Source of the DNA: a virus
Reading direction: 5' to 3' (one strand)
Virus record (IMG/VR): IMGVR_UViG_3300036832_000539
Coordinates: 1-48,652 of that record
DNA length: 48,652 nt
A model generated the notes under the pieces. It worked only from the letters and a program-made list of their open reading frames with translations, was not told the DNA's origin and did not search any database. Below are positions 47,673 through 48,652 of this stretch, one piece after another. The position numbers were made by a program, and so were the translations under genes. Position 1 is the stretch's first letter, and each line of letters begins with the position of its first letter.

Positions 47673-48652
47673 ATGTTTGACAGCAACCATATCCCCTACT
47701 CGCGTGTCGTCTCGGCGGCACGCGATACGGCCGAAAAGATTTGCGCGCACGGCTCGCGCCGCGTTTCCGTCAACGTCACGACGCTAGGCGGCACTACCGC
47801 GAGCGTGAAGTGGGACTATGACACGGCAACGCTAAACCTCCCGACCATCCCCGCGTGTCAAATCATGTCGCGCGCGGAAGCAAACCAGATTGTCGGCCTA
47901 ATCGCGCACGAGTGTTGCCACATTATGCACAGTGATTGGCAAGCGTGGGTCAACGCTGTCGCCGATGGCAAGGCGCTAAAGGAATTAACCAACGGAATTG
48001 AAGACGTCCGCATTGAACGGACAGAAATCAAACGTAGGAACCTCCCCGGGCTGCAGGACGCGTTGTCCGACACAATGGTTATGATGCACGGCAAATCACT
48101 TGCTGCAGCCATGCGCATGGGCCAAACGATCGGCACGCGTCCCGAACATGCCGCATATGTCATCGCCATCATGGGGCGCCTAGCCAATGGCTACGCGATC
48201 CCTAACGCGGCCGATGTTGGCCTAGGGATCGCGCCCGAATATCGGCCGGCGATTGACTACGCGTTGGCCAAGCTCCCCGGCTTGGCCAATACCTACGGCG
48301 CCGCGATGCTGGCTAGGGAAGTGCTGGCCATGCTGGCTGCAGCCAAACCAGACGATAGCCAGGGCGACGACCAGGGCGATGGCCACCAGGGCGACGACCA
48401 GGGCGATGGCCAAGGCGACGACAGCCAGGGCGACGACCAGGGCGACCAGGGCGACGACCAGGGCGATGGCCACCAGGGCGACGACAGCCAGGGCGACGAC
48501 GACCAGGGCGACGACCAGGGCGACGACCAGGGCGATGGCCACCAGGGCGACGACAGCCAGGGCGACGACGACCAGGGCGACGACCAGGGCGATGGCCAAG
48601 GCGACGACAGCCAGGGCGACGACAGCCAGGGCGACGACGACCAGGGCGACGA
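47673..48652 (+). CDS. cobT: N-terminal part of the CobT-like protein (HExxH-containing domain plus acidic repeat); runs off the window end and continues at 1..1101
   Basis: The ATG at 47673 lies 2 nt after the cobS-like stop. The frame is open to the window end. IAHECCHIMHSD contains HExxH at nt 47907-47921. Absent from the ORF track because no stop falls inside the window. Confidence 0.75.
   Translation, partial: MFDSNHIPYSRVVSAARDTAEKICAHGSRRVSVNVTTLGGTTASVKWDYDTATLNLPTIPACQIMSRAEANQIVGLIAHECCHIMHSDWQAWVNAVADGKALKELTNGIEDVRIERTEIKRRNLPGLQDALSDTMVMMHGKSLAAAMRMGQTIGTRPEHAAYVIAIMGRLANGYAIPNAADVGLGIAPEYRPAIDYALAKLPGLANTYGAAMLAREVLAMLAAAKPDDSQGDDQGDGHQGDDQGDGQGDDSQGDDQGDQGDDQGDGHQGDDSQGDDDQGDDQGDDQGDGHQGDDSQGDDDQGDDQGDGQGDDSQGDDSQGDDDQGD
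48352..48652 (+). repeat. Imperfect in-frame tandem repeat encoding (D-D-[S/D]-Q-G / D-G-[H]-Q-G)n, continuing at 1..~150
   Basis: Repeated GGCGACGAC(AGC/GAC)CAGGGC and GGCGATGGCCA(C/A) units. The minus-strand ORF 48222..48599 (ALVV repeats) is its antisense artefact. Confidence 0.9.

Noticed and set aside
48222-48599. 125-aa minus-strand ORF made of ALVV repeats, and the CRISPR-like appearance of the terminal tandem repeats
   Set aside because: It is the antisense reading of the acidic D/Q/G coding repeat of the CobT-like gene. The repeats are contiguous, in frame and have no unique spacers, so this is not a CRISPR array and not a membrane protein.

Overview
The window appears to be a complete, circularly closing phage genome. 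The first 107 nt are identical to the last 107 nt, which gives a unit length of about 48,545 bp. The DNA is visibly GC-rich, and the gene content fits a temperate podovirus-like phage.

Gene layout:
- Minus strand, about 7879 down to 2042: a lysogeny/accessory arm. It holds a CI-like XRE repressor, an excisionase-like HTH protein, a tyrosine integrase, an HTH protein, a zinc-ribbon protein and several tiny membrane proteins. After a short convergent plus-strand insert comes an AEP prim-pol/SF3 helicase, next to an iteron-flanked AT-rich putative origin.
- Plus strand, 7939 to 17463: an early/replication arm. It encodes a RuvC-like resolvase, an SNF2 helicase, a DUF2800-type PD-(D/E)XK nuclease, a DUF2815-type SSB-like protein, a MarR-like regulator, an unusual sigma-region-4/RNAP-alpha-CTD fusion protein, a family A DNA polymerase and small proteins.
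- Minus strand, 46179 down to 17350: a roughly 29 kb late arm. In order it encodes a TerS-like protein, five fibre-like genes, a Met/Pro/Gly-rich disordered protein, TerL, portal, scaffold and major capsid. These are followed by adaptor/tail proteins, a collagen-like fibre, an HNH endonuclease insertion, internal virion proteins and a 2377-aa polyvalent virion protein.
- Plus strand, crossing the genome junction: a CobS/MoxR-like AAA+ ATPase and a CobT-like protein (HExxH, acidic repeat, VWA).

I found no tRNA, rRNA, CRISPR array, reverse transcriptase or recognisable lysis cassette. All functional calls rest on motifs read by eye and on remembered family signatures; no database search was run.
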